A stretch of 64,000 nt of DNA from Dehalococcoidia bacterium (GCA_965219085.1 OZ244720.1:96001-160000); one strand, 5' to 3'; shown: positions 37,606 to 49,008, counted from the stretch's first letter. Notes: generated from the letters alone by a model not told the origin. Made by a program: numbers and translations.

Positions 37606-37718
37606 TTGGGTCGCAGGTCATCCGCCTGCGCTGCGATCCCACCGCAGACTGATTGCTATGGATGACGTCTCCGGCAGGCGTGGAGGGCCTGCATCGGCGT
37701 CGAAGAAAGGGGCGAGCG

Positions 37719-37970
37719 ATGGCAACCGTAATCGAGGCGAACACGCCGGCTATCGGGGTTTGCACCCACCACTGGGTGATCGAGCCTCCGAACGGCCGCA
37801 CGAGCCCGGGCATCTGCAAGCGTTGCGGCGAGCACCGCGACTTCGCGAATGCAAACGAGAGCGTGATGTGGGAGCAGACGAACACGCTTCGCACCTCCCC
37901 CACCGCCGGTCTCCGCAACATTCCGCGGCCGTCCGAGGTACGCCTCTCCGACGAGATCGTCACGAACTAA
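37719..37970 (+). CDS. Small Cys/His (Zn-ribbon-like) protein
   Basis: AAAGGGG RBS; CTHHWVIE.PNG..S.G.CKRCG..R.F.N; own promoter and downstream hairpin. Confidence 0.75.
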   Translation: MATVIEANTPAIGVCTHHWVIEPPNGRTSPGICKRCGEHRDFANANESVMWEQTNTLRTSPTAGLRNIPRPSEVRLSDEIVTN

Positions 37971-37993
37971 CCCGCTCCAACCGGGCGGTCACC

Positions 37994-38019
37994 GGGACGG
38001 CGCCTTCGGGCGCCGTCCC
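37994..38019 (+). terminator. 11-bp GC hairpin with cUUCGg loop (no U tract)
   Basis: GGGACGGCGCC-TTCG-GGCGCCGTCCC. Confidence 0.65.
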
Positions 38020-38086
38020 TGCGTGTCCGACCCCGCCGCTCCCAACCACCGCGCCCCGGCTATCATGACCTCGGGAGGATCGCGCG

Positions 38087-39022
38087 GTGCAGCCTGACCT
38101 CAGCGTCGTGATCGGCCGGCACGCCAAGCAGGAGTTGCTGATGCGCAACCCTGTCATGACGGCATCCGGGACCTTCTCGAACGGCCTCGAGTTCGCCCGC
38201 CGCTTCGACCTCGACGCGCTCGGGGGGCTCGTCTCCAAGGGCACCACGCTGCGCTCGCGCCAGGGCAACCCGCAGCCGCGCATCGTCGAGACGCCGGCCG
38301 GCATGATCAACTCGATCGGCTTCCAGAACATCGGCGTCGGCGCGATCATCAGCGAGGTCGCGCCCGTGTGGGCGCGCTGGGACGTCCCTGTCGTCGTCAA
38401 CATCATGGGCTACACCGTCCGCGAGTACGGCGTGCTCGCCGAGCGCCTCGAAGGCGTGCCCGGCGTCGCGGCCATCGAGGTCAACGTCTCCTGCCCGAAC
38501 GTCGAGTCGGGCGGGATCGAGTTCGGCCAGGACTGCGCCCTCACCGCCGAGGTGACGGCCGAGGTGCGCCGCCACACCTCGCTGCCGTTCGCAGTCAAAC
38601 TCACTCCGGCAGTCTCCGACCCGCGCCCATTCGTCGAGGCGGTCGAGGAGGCCGGCGCCGACGCGATCTCGCTCGTGAACACCGTGCCGGCGATGGCGAT
38701 CGACACCGTGCGCCGCCGGCCGGTGATCGCGACGGTGTTCGGGGGGCTCTCCGGGCCGGCGCTCAAGCCCATCGCGCTGCGCCACGTGTACCTCGCGGCC
38801 TCGGTGACCTCGCTGCCCATCCTTGCCGCCGGGGGCGTCTCGACCGGGCACGACGCGGTCGAGTTCCTGATGGCCGGCGCGAGCGCCGTGCAGGTGGGGA
38901 CGGCGACGTTCCGCGATCCCGCGACCCCGTGGCGCGTGCTCGACGAGCTGCGCGCCTGGTGCGAGGCCGAGGGCGTCACGCACCTGGACGAGATCGTGGG
39001 CGCGGCGCAGCGGCGCGACTGA
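38087..39022 (+). CDS. pyrD: Dihydroorotate dehydrogenase family 1B
   Basis: NPVMTASGT, GMINSIG.QN, NVSCPN, VKLTP, GGLSGPA.KP. Confidence 0.96.
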   Translation: MQPDLSVVIGRHAKQELLMRNPVMTASGTFSNGLEFARRFDLDALGGLVSKGTTLRSRQGNPQPRIVETPAGMINSIGFQNIGVGAIISEVAPVWARWDVPVVVNIMGYTVREYGVLAERLEGVPGVAAIEVNVSCPNVESGGIEFGQDCALTAEVTAEVRRHTSLPFAVKLTPAVSDPRPFVEAVEEAGADAISLVNTVPAMAIDTVRRRPVIATVFGGLSGPALKPIALRHVYLAASVTSLPILAAGGVSTGHDAVEFLMAGASAVQVGTATFRDPATPWRVLDELRAWCEAEGVTHLDEIVGAAQRRD

Positions 39023-39372
39023 TGGCGCGCGCAGCCTGGATCCTGCCGTGGCTGCTGCCGATCGCCTTCGCGGCCGGCGCGTGGTTCCTGGCGGCGTTCC
39101 GCATCATGCATCGCCTGGGCGCCGGGGAAGCGGCCGCGGCGGCCGGCCTCGTCGTCGCGCTCGCCGTGGCGACGACGCTGTGGCGGTGGGCCGAGCGTGA
39201 CCGCGTACAGCGAGCGATCGAGGCGGGCCGCTGCCCGCGCTGCGCCTCGATGCTGCTCGTGGAGCACGAACACGGGCGCACCGGGGCGAGCGGCGGCATG
39301 CAGCTGTGGGAGTGCCACGCGTGCGGGTATCGCCGGAGCGAGCCGTTGACGTGCGAGCACTGCCCGCCGTAG
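39022..39372 (+). CDS. Small membrane protein with C-terminal zinc ribbon
   Basis: Two TM segments then CPRC...CHAC...CEHC; start overlaps the pyrD stop. Confidence 0.65.
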   Translation: MARAAWILPWLLPIAFAAGAWFLAAFRIMHRLGAGEAAAAAGLVVALAVATTLWRWAERDRVQRAIEAGRCPRCASMLLVEHEHGRTGASGGMQLWECHACGYRRSEPLTCEHCPP

Positions 39373-39403
39373 CGTCAGATCGGCGGGCCTTCCTGCCCGC
39401 CTT

Positions 39404-39480
39404 CGGGGTGTAGCTCAGCCTGGTAGAGCGCTGCGTTTGGGACGCAGAGGCCCGCAGTTCAAGTCTGCGCACCCCGACCA
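39404..39480 (+). tRNA. tRNA-Pro(TGG)
   Basis: CGGGGTG...CTGCG-TT-TGG-GA-CGCAG...GTTCAAGTC...CACCCCGACCA. Confidence 0.96.
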
Positions 39481-39564
39481 ACCCACCACCCATCGGCAAT
39501 TCGACAGGCGAGGGCCGACTCGCGCGTTGAGGCCGGTCCGCGCGCTTGCTACGCTCGCGAGGTC

Positions 39565-39762
39565 ATGCAAGAGAACCTGCCGCCATACGTCCTCGTCGCC
39601 CGGATCGGCTCCATCCTCGGCATGTCGTTCGCGCTGGCGATCGGCTTGTTGCTGCTGCTCGGCGGGCTCGTGCTGCCCTCGCTCGTGGCGTTCGCCGCGT
39701 TCGTGCCGTCGCTCGGCATCATGGTCTACGCCGAACGCGTCGCCGCCTCGAACAACGAATGA
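39565..39762 (+). CDS. Small membrane protein
   Basis: 65-aa hydrophobic ORF with GAGG RBS and core-like codon usage. Confidence 0.55.
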   Translation: MQENLPPYVLVARIGSILGMSFALAIGLLLLLGGLVLPSLVAFAAFVPSLGIMVYAERVAASNNE

Positions 39763-39782
39763 CGGCGGTTCACGCCTGGACG

Positions 39783-40664
39783 CTACTCGCCACCCTCGAT
39801 GATGTCGATGCCGAGGATGCGGTCGCCCGGCGGCTGACCGGGCGACTGCGGATCGCGCGGCGTGAGTGCGCGCAGCACGTCGAGCCCCCCGATCACGCGC
39901 CCAAAGACCGTGAACCCCGCCAGCTCGAGGTGTGGCGTCGGGGCGAGCGTGATGAAGAACTGCGAGCCGCTGACGCTGTTGCCGCCCTTCGCCATCGAGA
40001 GCACACCCTCGTCGAACGGCAGGTCGTTCAACTCCTCGACGAGGTCATAGCCGGACGAGCTGAATCCCGTCCCCGTCGGGTCGCCCGCCTGTGCGACGAA
40101 GCCGGGGATGACGCGATGGAACGTGATGCCGTCGTAGAAGCCGTCGCGGGCGAGGAACACGAAGTTGTTGACGTAGCCCGGCGCGTCGGCCGGCAGCAGC
40201 TCGATACGCACGTTGCCCTTCTCGGTGCGTATCAACGCCTCGTAGGAGCCCTCGGGGTCGATGGTCAGCGGCGGGGGCGCGCTGTAGGTGCGCCCATCGC
40301 TCTGCTCGCCGTCCTCGGTGGTCTCCGTATCGTCGCCGGGTGTCTCGGTCGCGTCCGCCGAGTCGCCAGCGCCCTCGTCGGAACCCTCGGCCGCGGCCTC
40401 CGACGTGTCGTCGCCGGCCTCGGCGGTGGCCTCCGGGACGGTGGGTGTCGGGCCGGCCGTGCCGAGCCCGCCACCGAAGAAGACGGCGCCGAGGCTCACG
40501 ACCAGCACGACGATGCCGATCGCGTAGAACGGGCGCTGGCGACGCTGCAACCAGCCGAACATACCGGGGAACTGCATCGGACCGACGGTTTCGAAGCCCT
40601 GACCGCGATCGCGCCGGCGGCGATCGCGCCGCTGGCGTCGTCTGCGTCGACGTTCGTCGCTCAC
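39783..40664 (-). CDS. Membrane-anchored cyclophilin-type peptidyl-prolyl isomerase
   Basis: NNFVFLA.DGFYDG..FHRVIPGFVAQ.GDP, GSQFFIT, TVFG.V. Confidence 0.92.
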   Translation of the reverse strand: MSDERRRRRRQRRDRRRRDRGQGFETVGPMQFPGMFGWLQRRQRPFYAIGIVVLVVSLGAVFFGGGLGTAGPTPTVPEATAEAGDDTSEAAAEGSDEGAGDSADATETPGDDTETTEDGEQSDGRTYSAPPPLTIDPEGSYEALIRTEKGNVRIELLPADAPGYVNNFVFLARDGFYDGITFHRVIPGFVAQAGDPTGTGFSSSGYDLVEELNDLPFDEGVLSMAKGGNSVSGSQFFITLAPTPHLELAGFTVFGRVIGGLDVLRALTPRDPQSPGQPPGDRILGIDIIEGGE

Positions 40665-40728
40665 GTGTCTCCGGCCTCTCCAACCATGCGGTGTACGGCT
40701 GCAGCGAGCTCGTCCGGGCTCTGGCTAT

Positions 40729-41157
40729 TCACGTAGTAGCGGCGTCCGTCCCTGGTGCCACGGCAACGCCGCCGCGGAGAAACGGCACGGAGCAGGCCCG
40801 TGCGGAGCGCCCGTCGCCCTTGCCCCAGCGCAGGCCCCGGCCACCGTACGCCAGCCAGCGGTACGGCGCGACGCGCACTTCCTCGATCGCCTGGCCGTCA
40901 AGCGTGCAGCCGAACGAACCGAGCCGTACTCGCAGCGGGCTCTCATCCACCGCGATGCGGACGACCAGGAACGCGCGCACCATGCCAGTCAGCACGCCGC
41001 CCGTGCCCGCGAGGATGACGCCTGTCAATATCTCGCCCGCGACGACGAAGAGCCACAGGCCGAGCAAGCACGTCGCGACCGTCGTCGCGAGTACGGCGAT
41101 GGTGAGCCAGCCTGGGCTGTGAACGTGCTCGGAGTACCGCATCAGTGGTGCACTCAT
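40729..41157 (-). CDS. Hypothetical membrane protein (PH-like C-terminus)
   Basis: Two TM helices then LRVRLG...YGGRGLRWG. Confidence 0.55.
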   Translation of the reverse strand: MSAPLMRYSEHVHSPGWLTIAVLATTVATCLLGLWLFVVAGEILTGVILAGTGGVLTGMVRAFLVVRIAVDESPLRVRLGSFGCTLDGQAIEEVRVAPYRWLAYGGRGLRWGKGDGRSARACSVPFLRGGVAVAPGTDAATT

Positions 41158-41278
41158 CCGACAGCGGCAAGCCGCGCTGGTTGACCGCCGACGACTGTGC
41201 TACGGGCATGACGTGCTCGCCGGGTGGCCAGGCGCCGGCCAACGACCGGCTGCAGACGAAGCGGATCGCGCCGGCGGG

Positions 41279-41719
41279 TTATTCCGCGGCGTCAGCGTTG
41301 AGCGCGCTGAAGTTCGCGAGGATCTTCGAGATCACTGCCAACGCCGCCGCTCGTTCGTCGTCGCTCACGCCGTCCAGGAGCTTGTCTTCGTACTCCTCGA
41401 CGCGTGCTACCACATCCCGCGCCGCGGTCCGGCCTTCGGCGGTGAGCAACAGTCTGACGACCCGCCGGTCGTCGGAGCGGCGACGCCTACGGAGCAGGCC
41501 TCGCGTAACGAGCGCATTCACCAGACGGCTGATCCGCGAGGCGTCGGCCGGAAGTACCTCCGACAACTCCGTAGCGGTCCACTCGTCGCGCTCGGCGAAG
41601 CACCTGAGCAGAATGAACTCGTTCGCGGTGAACCCGTGGGACGCGACGATGCGGTCGCGTCCCCCAAGGTACGCGTTCGCGAAGGCGGTGACGCTCCCAA
41701 CCAGGGTCGACGGAACCAT
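41279..41719 (-). CDS. MarR family transcriptional regulator
   Basis: T.TELSE.L..DASRISRLV..LV..GL..R....DRRVV.L.LT..G; GGAGG RBS. Confidence 0.9.
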   Translation of the reverse strand: MVPSTLVGSVTAFANAYLGGRDRIVASHGFTANEFILLRCFAERDEWTATELSEVLPADASRISRLVNALVTRGLLRRRRRSDDRRVVRLLLTAEGRTAARDVVARVEEYEDKLLDGVSDDERAAALAVISKILANFSALNADAAE

Positions 41720-43428
41720 GTACCTCCCCCCCGTCGACTCAGCGGCCTGAAGTGACGGATCGTGAGTGATGTGTAATGTGGGTGACTCCACCATTGCGTT
41801 GTGCGGACACTATTCTGATTCCACACGTGATGAGACGCAACCGCGCTCAGCAACTACTGATGTCTAAGATAAGACGGTACAACGAAATCGCCACAGTACG
41901 GCTCGGAGCAGCACGATGTGGGCGATGGAGGGTCGGCGATGCCGCCCACCGCCCTGACGCGTACACATCCGTCTCGTGAGCATCCGCCGGGGATGACCGG
42001 CGCGGCTGCGCCGGGAGCGCTCGGGCCTACCACCCCTTGTGTCTGGAGCGACGGGCGCGGCAGGCCTGACCAGGTGGCCTTCACCAGGCCACGACGTGAC
42101 GCAGCCGGCCGGCGCAGGCGCCCGTCCCTCGCGCAGTGACCTCGATGGCCGTCCCGTCGGACCAACCGCCGATGAGCGAGATGCGTGCATCGTCAGGCCG
42201 TCCGGCGACGAGAGACTCCGACACCTCCCGTGTGCCCGATCACCCCATCGAGGATCGCCGGCCGCCGCCGGGCAAGCGACACACCGTGGTCGTGAAGATT
42301 GACGGCGCAGAGGCCGCAACGCGGGCTCTCTCATGGGGTAGCGGCGGTGTCCATGCCAGCCGGGGCACGGCCTCCGGAGCATGCGGGACAACCGTCGGGC
42401 AATACCGGGACCTGAACGGCGGAGTCGCTCGCGCCGGCCAGCGCCGCCTCCCGCGGGTTCCTCGGTAGAATCGCCCTGAACCAGGTACTCGGTAGGTTGA
42501 GCTGGCTGGTCACGGCCCACCCGTATCTCACGATCCTCGTCCTCGTCATCATCACCGTCGTGCTGGGCGCGGGGGCACTGCTGCGCCTGCCGCCGCCGGA
42601 GACCGAGGACACCCTTCCCCAGGGAGCGCCGTCGCCGAGGCGTGCACCAGATCGACGTGCTCTTCGGGGAATCCGGCGGGAGCAGCGTTGTCACGCTCCT
42701 GTTCCGCAGTGAGGCGCTCACGCCCGACGGGCTCTCGCAGATGGCCGCCCTGGTTGATGCTATCAAGAGCGACCCGAGTGTCGGAGGCTTGCTGGCGTCG
42801 AGCGATCCAGTCGTCGCTCGCGCGTCCCTGATCCAGACCATGCTCCGAGTGGACGGCTTCGAGTCGGTCACGCAGGCGGACATCGACTCCGCGCGCGGCG
42901 CTCCGCTGCTGCAGCCGGCGCTCGCCGCGATGACTGGTAGCGATACCGACGGAACGCCGGTCGCGATCGCCACCATCCGCCTGCGCGACACGGGCGACGA
43001 GCGCGTTGAGGACGCCGAACGGCTGATCCACGAGCTCGCGGCCGAAGATGAGGGCCCGCTGCGCGTGAGCAGCATCTCACCCACCGTGGTTGAGGACGCA
43101 TACCAGAAGGCGACCGAGGAGGGATGGCGCCGCTCATCGGGCTGGCCCCGTTGCTGATCGCGGCGCTGATCCTGCTCTTCATGCGCACGCTCTCGGATCT
43201 GCTGCTGACGCTAACGGGGCTGCTGTTCGCGCTGATCTGGATCATCCGGGGCGGAGGGGTGGCTCGGGCCGAACGGGCTGGGCGTGACCGGCCCGCCGAA
43301 CTCGCTCACGGCGCTGGTGCCGATCATCGTGATCAGCCTCACCGTGGACTACGCGATCCAGACGGTCTCGCACTACCGCGAGCAGCGCGTTGCCGGGGAT
43401 GACCGGACCCCCTTCGCGAGTCCACCGC

Positions 43429-44253
43429 TTATGAGAGTCCAGCGTGTAGCTGAGTCTCCCAGCGCTCGGCGTAGGCAGCCGGAGCGAGCCAGCCCAGGCT
43501 GCTATGCGGGCGCTTCGTGTTGTACTCGATCCGCCAGTCCTCAAGCAGCACCTGCGCCTCAAGCAGGCTGTCGAACTGCTCGACCGCCAGGAACTCGTCG
43601 CGCAGCCGGCCGTTGAACGACTCGACGTACGGGTTCTCCCACGGCGCACCGGGCTCGATGTAGCTGCTGCCCGTGCCGGAGAACCGGCACCAGTCGCGGA
43701 GGGCGTTGGCCGTGAGCTCAGGTCCGTTGTCGCAGCGGATATACCCGGGCGCCGTCCCGCGCCGGGCGACGATCCCCTCGAGCGTTGAGGCCGTGGCGTC
43801 GGCGTTGATGCGCCTGGCGGCCACGATCGCCAGCGCCTCCCGTGTGTGCTCGTCGACGATGTTGAGCAGCTTCAGGACCCGCCCGTCCGCGGTCTGGTCG
43901 AACTGGAAGTCCAGCGCCCAGACGTGGTTCGGCCGCTCAGCGCGCAGCCTGGCGGCGGGCACCGCCGAGTCCCCCAGGCGCTGACGCTTGCGTCGTTTCA
44001 CCGGGACGCGCAGCCCTTCCTCACGCCAGAGCCGTTGCACCCGCTTGCGATTCACGCCCCATCCCTCCTCGCGTAAGGTCGCCCAGGCCCGGCGGTACCC
44101 CCAGCGGGGGTGGCCACGCGAGAAGGCGTGGAGTTCCGCGCGCAGCGCGTCGTCGCCGCGGCCGCGCACCGGGAGGCGGCGCTGTGTGGAGCGGTGCTGG
44201 CCGGTGACCCGGCATGCCCGCCGTTCCGACAACTCGAGGCGGTCCTGCAACAT
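43429..44253 (-). CDS. IS3 transposase OrfB (DDE integrase core)
   Basis: WALDF.FD, DNGPE, NPYVESFNG..RDE, YN..RPHSSLG. Confidence 0.95.
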   Translation of the reverse strand: MLQDRLELSERRACRVTGQHRSTQRRLPVRGRGDDALRAELHAFSRGHPRWGYRRAWATLREEGWGVNRKRVQRLWREEGLRVPVKRRKRQRLGDSAVPAARLRAERPNHVWALDFQFDQTADGRVLKLLNIVDEHTREALAIVAARRINADATASTLEGIVARRGTAPGYIRCDNGPELTANALRDWCRFSGTGSSYIEPGAPWENPYVESFNGRLRDEFLAVEQFDSLLEAQVLLEDWRIEYNTKRPHSSLGWLAPAAYAERWETQLHAGLS

Positions 44254-44282
44254 GCAGACTGCCTCGCGCCGGCGCGACGGGC

Positions 44283-44561
44283 TTACCAGTTTCCCCGGGC
44301 GATCTCCTTGAGCGCGTCGATCTCGAGTTCCTTGTCGGCGACGATCCGCTTCAGCCGGGCGTTCTCGCGCTCCAGCTCGCGCAGCCGTTTGGCGTCGTCG
44401 GCCTTCATCCCGCCGTACTGGTTGCGCCAGCGGTGGTAGGTCTGCTCCGAGATCTCGACCTGCTTCGCCGCCTCGGCGATCGTCTGCCCCTCACCGAGCA
44501 GCCGCTCCACCTCCCGCAGCTTCCGCACGATCTGCTCGGGCGTGTGCCTGCGTCGTTTCAC
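44283..44561 (-). CDS. IS3 transposase OrfA
   Basis: RRHTPEQIVRKL...TYHRWR.QYGG...L..LE.EN.RLK. Confidence 0.93.
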   Translation of the reverse strand: MKRRRHTPEQIVRKLREVERLLGEGQTIAEAAKQVEISEQTYHRWRNQYGGMKADDAKRLRELERENARLKRIVADKELEIDALKEIARGNW

Positions 44562-45199
44562 CGTGATGTCCTCCTCTGCCCACTTTCATGGGCCAAAGGA
44601 CTCTCATCAACGGTGGTCCCGTTTCAAGGGGTCGGGTCAGGGAGCCGGTCGTCAGCGCCGTTCGCATGGGACTGCGAAGCGTCACCATCCCACTGCTGCT
44701 GGCCGCCGTCACGACGATCGTGAGCCTGCTGGCGAGTCTGTTCTCCCCGATCGAGATCGTGGGCGACTTCGGCATCATCGCGGGGCTTGGCGTGGGCATG
44801 AGCCTGATCGTCATGCTCACGCTGATCCCGGCGGGACGGACGATCATCGACCGGCGGCAAGAGGCTCGCGGCACACTGGCGCCGCCCCGCCCAATCTCGA
44901 GCGCGTTGCCCGGCATCGAGCGGGGAGCGGAGCTGCTCGGGAGGAGCGTGACTCGCTGGCCGGTCCCCTACATCGTGGGCGTGCTTGCGGTGACGGTTGC
45001 GCTCGGGTTCGCGGCCACGGGGCTCAAGTCGGAGTTCAGCATCCGCGACATCCTGCCCAGAGGTGGGGGCTTGCTCACGGATATGGACACCCTCGAAGCG
45101 GCCGTCGGGGGCTCGACGGAGATGGCCAGCGTGCTCGTGCAGGCCGAGGCCACGGAGACTCCGCGAGATCCCGAGGCTCTCCGGCTCGCTGAGCGGGCG

Positions 45200-45741
45200 T
45201 ATGGACGCTCTGCACACGGTCGAGGAGCTTGTCGACGGTCTTCGCCTTCCGTCTCATTCCGGGGGTCTTGAGCATGAATTTGGGCAGGACCCTGAGGACG
45301 TGAGTACTGAGCGCTCGTGCAGGATCGCGGGAGTCGCGACCCTCAACTTCGATCTCTCCGCCAGGGCCAGCATCTATGGGCTCGTTCGTGGAGATCCACG
45401 AACGTTCGATCGACATGGATCTGCGTCTCTGGGTACTGGCCACGCCGGTCGACGCTACGCTCATCGACCTCTCGCTGGTCTCTCAGGTCCGCGAGATACG
45501 GAAGCCGGGGCGGTGGATTGCAGGTCTCGGGTTCCTCCCGGTGAGGCTGCGCGCCCCCGTCATGAACAAGTTCATGTCGCTTCAGCAGAAGCATGACGTG
45601 CTCCAGGACGTGGCGATCTGGGGCCCCAGGCGGTACGTATCCGTCCCGCGTCTCAACCGTTCCGACGGCGAGGTCAGGAAGTATCGGGCCTACTGCGCCC
45701 AGTTCTATCCTGATCCCGGCGATTGCGGCTCCACTGCCTGA
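45200..45741 (+). pseudogene. Fragment resembling the catalytic C-terminus of a KshA-like Rieske oxygenase
   Basis: LWVLATPVD...DVLQDVAIW...YRAYCAQFY; frameshifted, no Rieske N-terminus. Confidence 0.45.
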
Positions 45742-45834
45742 GCCTCGCCACCGGTCGTATGCGATCGAGGTAACACAGCCCGCCACAGGCTGGCGGGAGC
45801 GGCCGCGCTGTGGCCCGAACCGCTGCTCCGAACG

Positions 45835-48800
45835 CTATTCGTCTTCCGGGAGTAGCACGACGCGTACGTAGCGGTCATCCGGCAGGTAGCGTCGGGCTGC
45901 CGCCGCGACCTGCTCCAGCGTCAGCGCGTCCAGTCGCTCATCGAAGCGGTTGATCTCCGTGAACGACTCACCTCGCTCCGTCACAGCCTGGATTTGACCG
46001 AGCCAGAACCCGTTGTCACGCAGCTGTTCCTTCCGTGGCGTGCGGAGCAGTTCCCTGGCCGTGTCCAGGTACGACTGCTCACCCCCCGCGCGCAACCAAT
46101 CCAGTTCCACCGTCACCTCCCCTGTCAGCTCCTCCGCACGGGCAGGATCACTACCGAAGATGATGGCGACCTGGTATTCGGGATCCGGTAGCCGCTGGAG
46201 GCCGGCACTCACGCTGATGCTGTACGTTCCGCCCAGGGCTTCCCGCACTCGCTCGCGGAGACGGATCCCGAGCATCTCGCCTGCTACTCGCAGTGTCAGC
46301 GCTTCGGGGCGGCTCCACTCGGCGTCGCCGGCGAACACCAATATCGTGGTGCTGCGTGGTTCGATGCCGCTGAGGACGACGTGCTCCTCGATGCCGTCTG
46401 GTGGGTCGATCCCGACGTCGCGCCACTCCTCGGCACGCCCGGCGGTCGGCAAGCTGGCCAGGTATGTGGCGGTCAAGGAGCGCAGGTTGTCCCAGTCGAA
46501 GGCGCCGACGAACACGAAGGTGGCGTCGCCCAGGTCGGCAAACCGGTCGGCGTACACCGCTCCCGCTCGCTCCATGCTGAGTTCCTCCAACAGGTCGACG
46601 GTCAGCGGTCGCCGCCGGAAGTGATCCTGGGCGAGCACGGTGTTCGCAGTGTCGTAGAGCACGGCGTCCGGCTGGGCGCTGCGCGTCTCGGCGGCGCTGC
46701 GCAGCCTCGCCTCGTACGTCGAGAAGTAGGCCGGGTCGAGCCTCGGCGCGGTTGCATACAGCGTGATCAGCTGGAACAGGGTCCCCATGTCCTCCGGGGA
46801 GGCGCTGCCGCTGAGGCCCTCCGCCAGCTCCCCGATATAAGGCGAGACCGCCACCCGCTCGCCCGCTAGCAGCTTGTCTAGGCCGACACTGTCGTGCACA
46901 CCGGCGCCGCTGCCGGCAACCAGTGCGGCAGCGTAGAGCGCGGACACGAAGTCCGCGTCGGCGACCAGTGAATGCCCGCCCGGACTGAACGCGGTGAACA
47001 CCACCTCGTCACGGCGGAAGTCGGTCTGCTTGGCAATGACGGTAATGCCGTTCGACAGACTCCACCTGAGAGCGTCGATGGACTCGATTCGCTCCTCCTC
47101 GACGATGCTCCCCGGAGTCGGGAGCGTTGCCAGGAGCGGGACATCCTCGAACGTGTCCGCGTACGGCTGCACGACCAGTGTGTCTGCACCCTCAAGCTGC
47201 GTCCGCAACGCCGCGGCCAACTCCGCATCTGAGCTGGTCTCAGCTCCCTCGGGCTGCAAGACGAGGAGCACCGTGTTCTCGGGCTGCGTCCAGTACGCCG
47301 CTACGTCATCGATATCGGCCAGCGAGACGTGCGGCAGCACCTCCTGGTACAGCTCCCACTCGGCCTCGATGCCGGGAACCGGCGTCCCGCTGAGGAAGTG
47401 GCTCCGGTACGACTGGGCAAGCCGGCCCGACACCTGCTGGTCGCGCTGCTTGTACACACTCTCGACGGAGCTCGACAGGTTGACCTTCTCGCGAGCCAGC
47501 TCGGTGGCGGTAAAGCCATGCTGCCGAGCGCGCTGCAGCTCCTCCAGTAGCCCCGCGAATCCGCGCTCGACGCCGTCCTGCTCCACCAGGATGGTGAAAG
47601 TCAGGATGTCGAGCGGTTCGACGAACCCGGAGCGTCCGGTCTGAGACAACAGGTAGGGGGGATCGGCGACCTGGCCCCGCTCGAACAGCCGGGCGTTCAG
47701 CATCATGAACGCGAGTTGTTCCGTCGCGCCGCGCCGGAATGCTGCCACGTCCTGGCCGGCTTCAGGCGCAATCTTGCGTACCAGGGTCAGCTGCGTGACG
47801 GGCGCCTCGGGGTCGGTGAACACATCGACGAGCGGGGCCTCGTTGTCGGGCACGTCGAAGCTCGGCCGGTCGGTGGGATCCGCGACGGCAGCCCGCTCCT
47901 GGGAAGCCTCGCCCTCCGGGGGCGGCGCGAAGTGCTGCCGCACCTTCGCCTCGATCAGCTCCGCATCGAAGTCACCCACGGCGACCACGGCCATGAGGTC
48001 CGGCCGATACCAACGCTCGTAGTACGCCCGCAACTGCTCCACAGGCGTGGTCTCGATGATCTCGGTGAGCCCGATCGGGCTCCGTTCCGCGTAGCGCGAG
48101 GAGCCGAAGAGCAGCGGGAACAGGTTGGTCTGGAAGCGCGAGGAGAACCCCTGGTACACGCGCCACTCCTCCAGCACCACCTTGCGCTCCAGCTCCACCT
48201 CGTCGGTAGCGAAGCTGATCGCGTAGGCCCAGTCACTGAGAATCTGGAACGCCGTCTCGATCGTGTCGGGATCGTCCGTCGGGATCTCGAGCCAGTACGT
48301 GGTTGAGTCGTAGCCGGTCCCGGCGTTCAGGTCGGCGCCCAGGCTGCTGCCGATGGACTCGAGGTACTCGACGATTTCCTGCTTGGCGAAGCGTGCCGTC
48401 CCGTTGAAGGCCATGTGCTCCACGAAGTGGGCGAGCCCACGCTGCTCCTCTTCTTCAAGGACGGAGCCGGCCTTCACGACCAGCGACAGCTGCGCGCGGC
48501 CGCGTGGCTCCTCGTTGTGCCTGATGTAGTAGTCCAGACCGTTGCTGAGGGTGCCGCGAACCACCGCGGGATCGAAGGGGAGAGCAGCATCCGGCCCGGA
48601 TACGGGCGGTGCAGGCGTCGCCGTGGCCGTGGGTTCGGGAGTTGGAGTAGGCGCCTCGGCCGCGGGCGTAGCCGTAGCCGTGGCCGTGGGTTCGGGAGTT
48701 GGAGTGGGCGCCACGGCCGCGGGCGTAGCCGTGGCCGTGGGTTCCGGAGTTGGAGTGGGCGTCTCGGCAACAGGCGTAGCGGTGGCAGTGGGTTCGGGAG

Positions 48801-49008
48801 TTGGAGCCGGCGTCTCGACCGCAGGTGTAGCGGTGGCTGTGGGGGACGGAGTTGGAGCCGACGTCTCGACCGCAGGTGTAGCCGTGGCTGTCGGAGACGG
48901 AGTTGGCGTGGGGGTAGGTTCGGAAGTGCATCCCACCAATGCAGCCAACACCAGCGTGAAGAAGACAACGGCTAGCAGGGACTTCGGACTCGCGTTCATC
49001 CAATTCAC
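45835..49008 (-). CDS. M16 (pitrilysin/PqqL-like) zinc protease lipoprotein with PT-rich stalk
   Basis: Lipobox LVGC; [14 protein letters not shown] (HxxEH), [16 protein letters not shown]. Confidence 0.93.
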   Translation of the reverse strand: MNWMNASPKSLLAVVFFTLVLAALVGCTSEPTPTPTPSPTATATPAVETSAPTPSPTATATPAVETPAPTPEPTATATPVAETPTPTPEPTATATPAAVAPTPTPEPTATATATPAAEAPTPTPEPTATATPAPPVSGPDAALPFDPAVVRGTLSNGLDYYIRHNEEPRGRAQLSLVVKAGSVLEEEEQRGLAHFVEHMAFNGTARFAKQEIVEYLESIGSSLGADLNAGTGYDSTTYWLEIPTDDPDTIETAFQILSDWAYAISFATDEVELERKVVLEEWRVYQGFSSRFQTNLFPLLFGSSRYAERSPIGLTEIIETTPVEQLRAYYERWYRPDLMAVVAVGDFDAELIEAKVRQHFAPPPEGEASQERAAVADPTDRPSFDVPDNEAPLVDVFTDPEAPVTQLTLVRKIAPEAGQDVAAFRRGATEQLAFMMLNARLFERGQVADPPYLLSQTGRSGFVEPLDILTFTILVEQDGVERGFAGLLEELQRARQHGFTATELAREKVNLSSSVESVYKQRDQQVSGRLAQSYRSHFLSGTPVPGIEAEWELYQEVLPHVSLADIDDVAAYWTQPENTVLLVLQPEGAETSSDAELAAALRTQLEGADTLVVQPYADTFEDVPLLATLPTPGSIVEEERIESIDALRWSLSNGITVIAKQTDFRRDEVVFTAFSPGGHSLVADADFVSALYAAALVAGSGAGVHDSVGLDKLLAGERVAVSPYIGELAEGLSGSASPEDMGTLFQLITLYATAPRLDPAYFSTYEARLRSAAETRSAQPDAVLYDTANTVLAQDHFRRRPLTVDLLEELSMERAGAVYADRFADLGDATFVFVGAFDWDNLRSLTATYLASLPTAGRAEEWRDVGIDPPDGIEEHVVLSGIEPRSTTILVFAGDAEWSRPEALTLRVAGEMLGIRLRERVREALGGTYSISVSAGLQRLPDPEYQVAIIFGSDPARAEELTGEVTVELDWLRAGGEQSYLDTARELLRTPRKEQLRDNGFWLGQIQAVTERGESFTEINRFDERLDALTLEQVAAAARRYLPDDRYVRVVLLPEDE

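Larger units (their letters stand above)
43400..44639 (-). mobile_element. IS3-family insertion sequence (1240 bp)
   Basis: Imperfect terminal IRs TGACC[CG]GACCCC...CCACCG....TGAGAGTCC; 4-bp TSD GGGA (43396-43399 and 44640-43); orfA/orfB. Confidence 0.95.
42497..45190 (+). pseudogene. MMPL/RND transporter pseudogene (several frameshifts, IS3 insertion, 3' truncation)
   Basis: Fragments in different frames (42497, 42642, 43124, 43284, 44640+); SLTVDYAIQ motif; frame REQRVAG|EPVVSAV restored by removing the IS. Confidence 0.85.
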
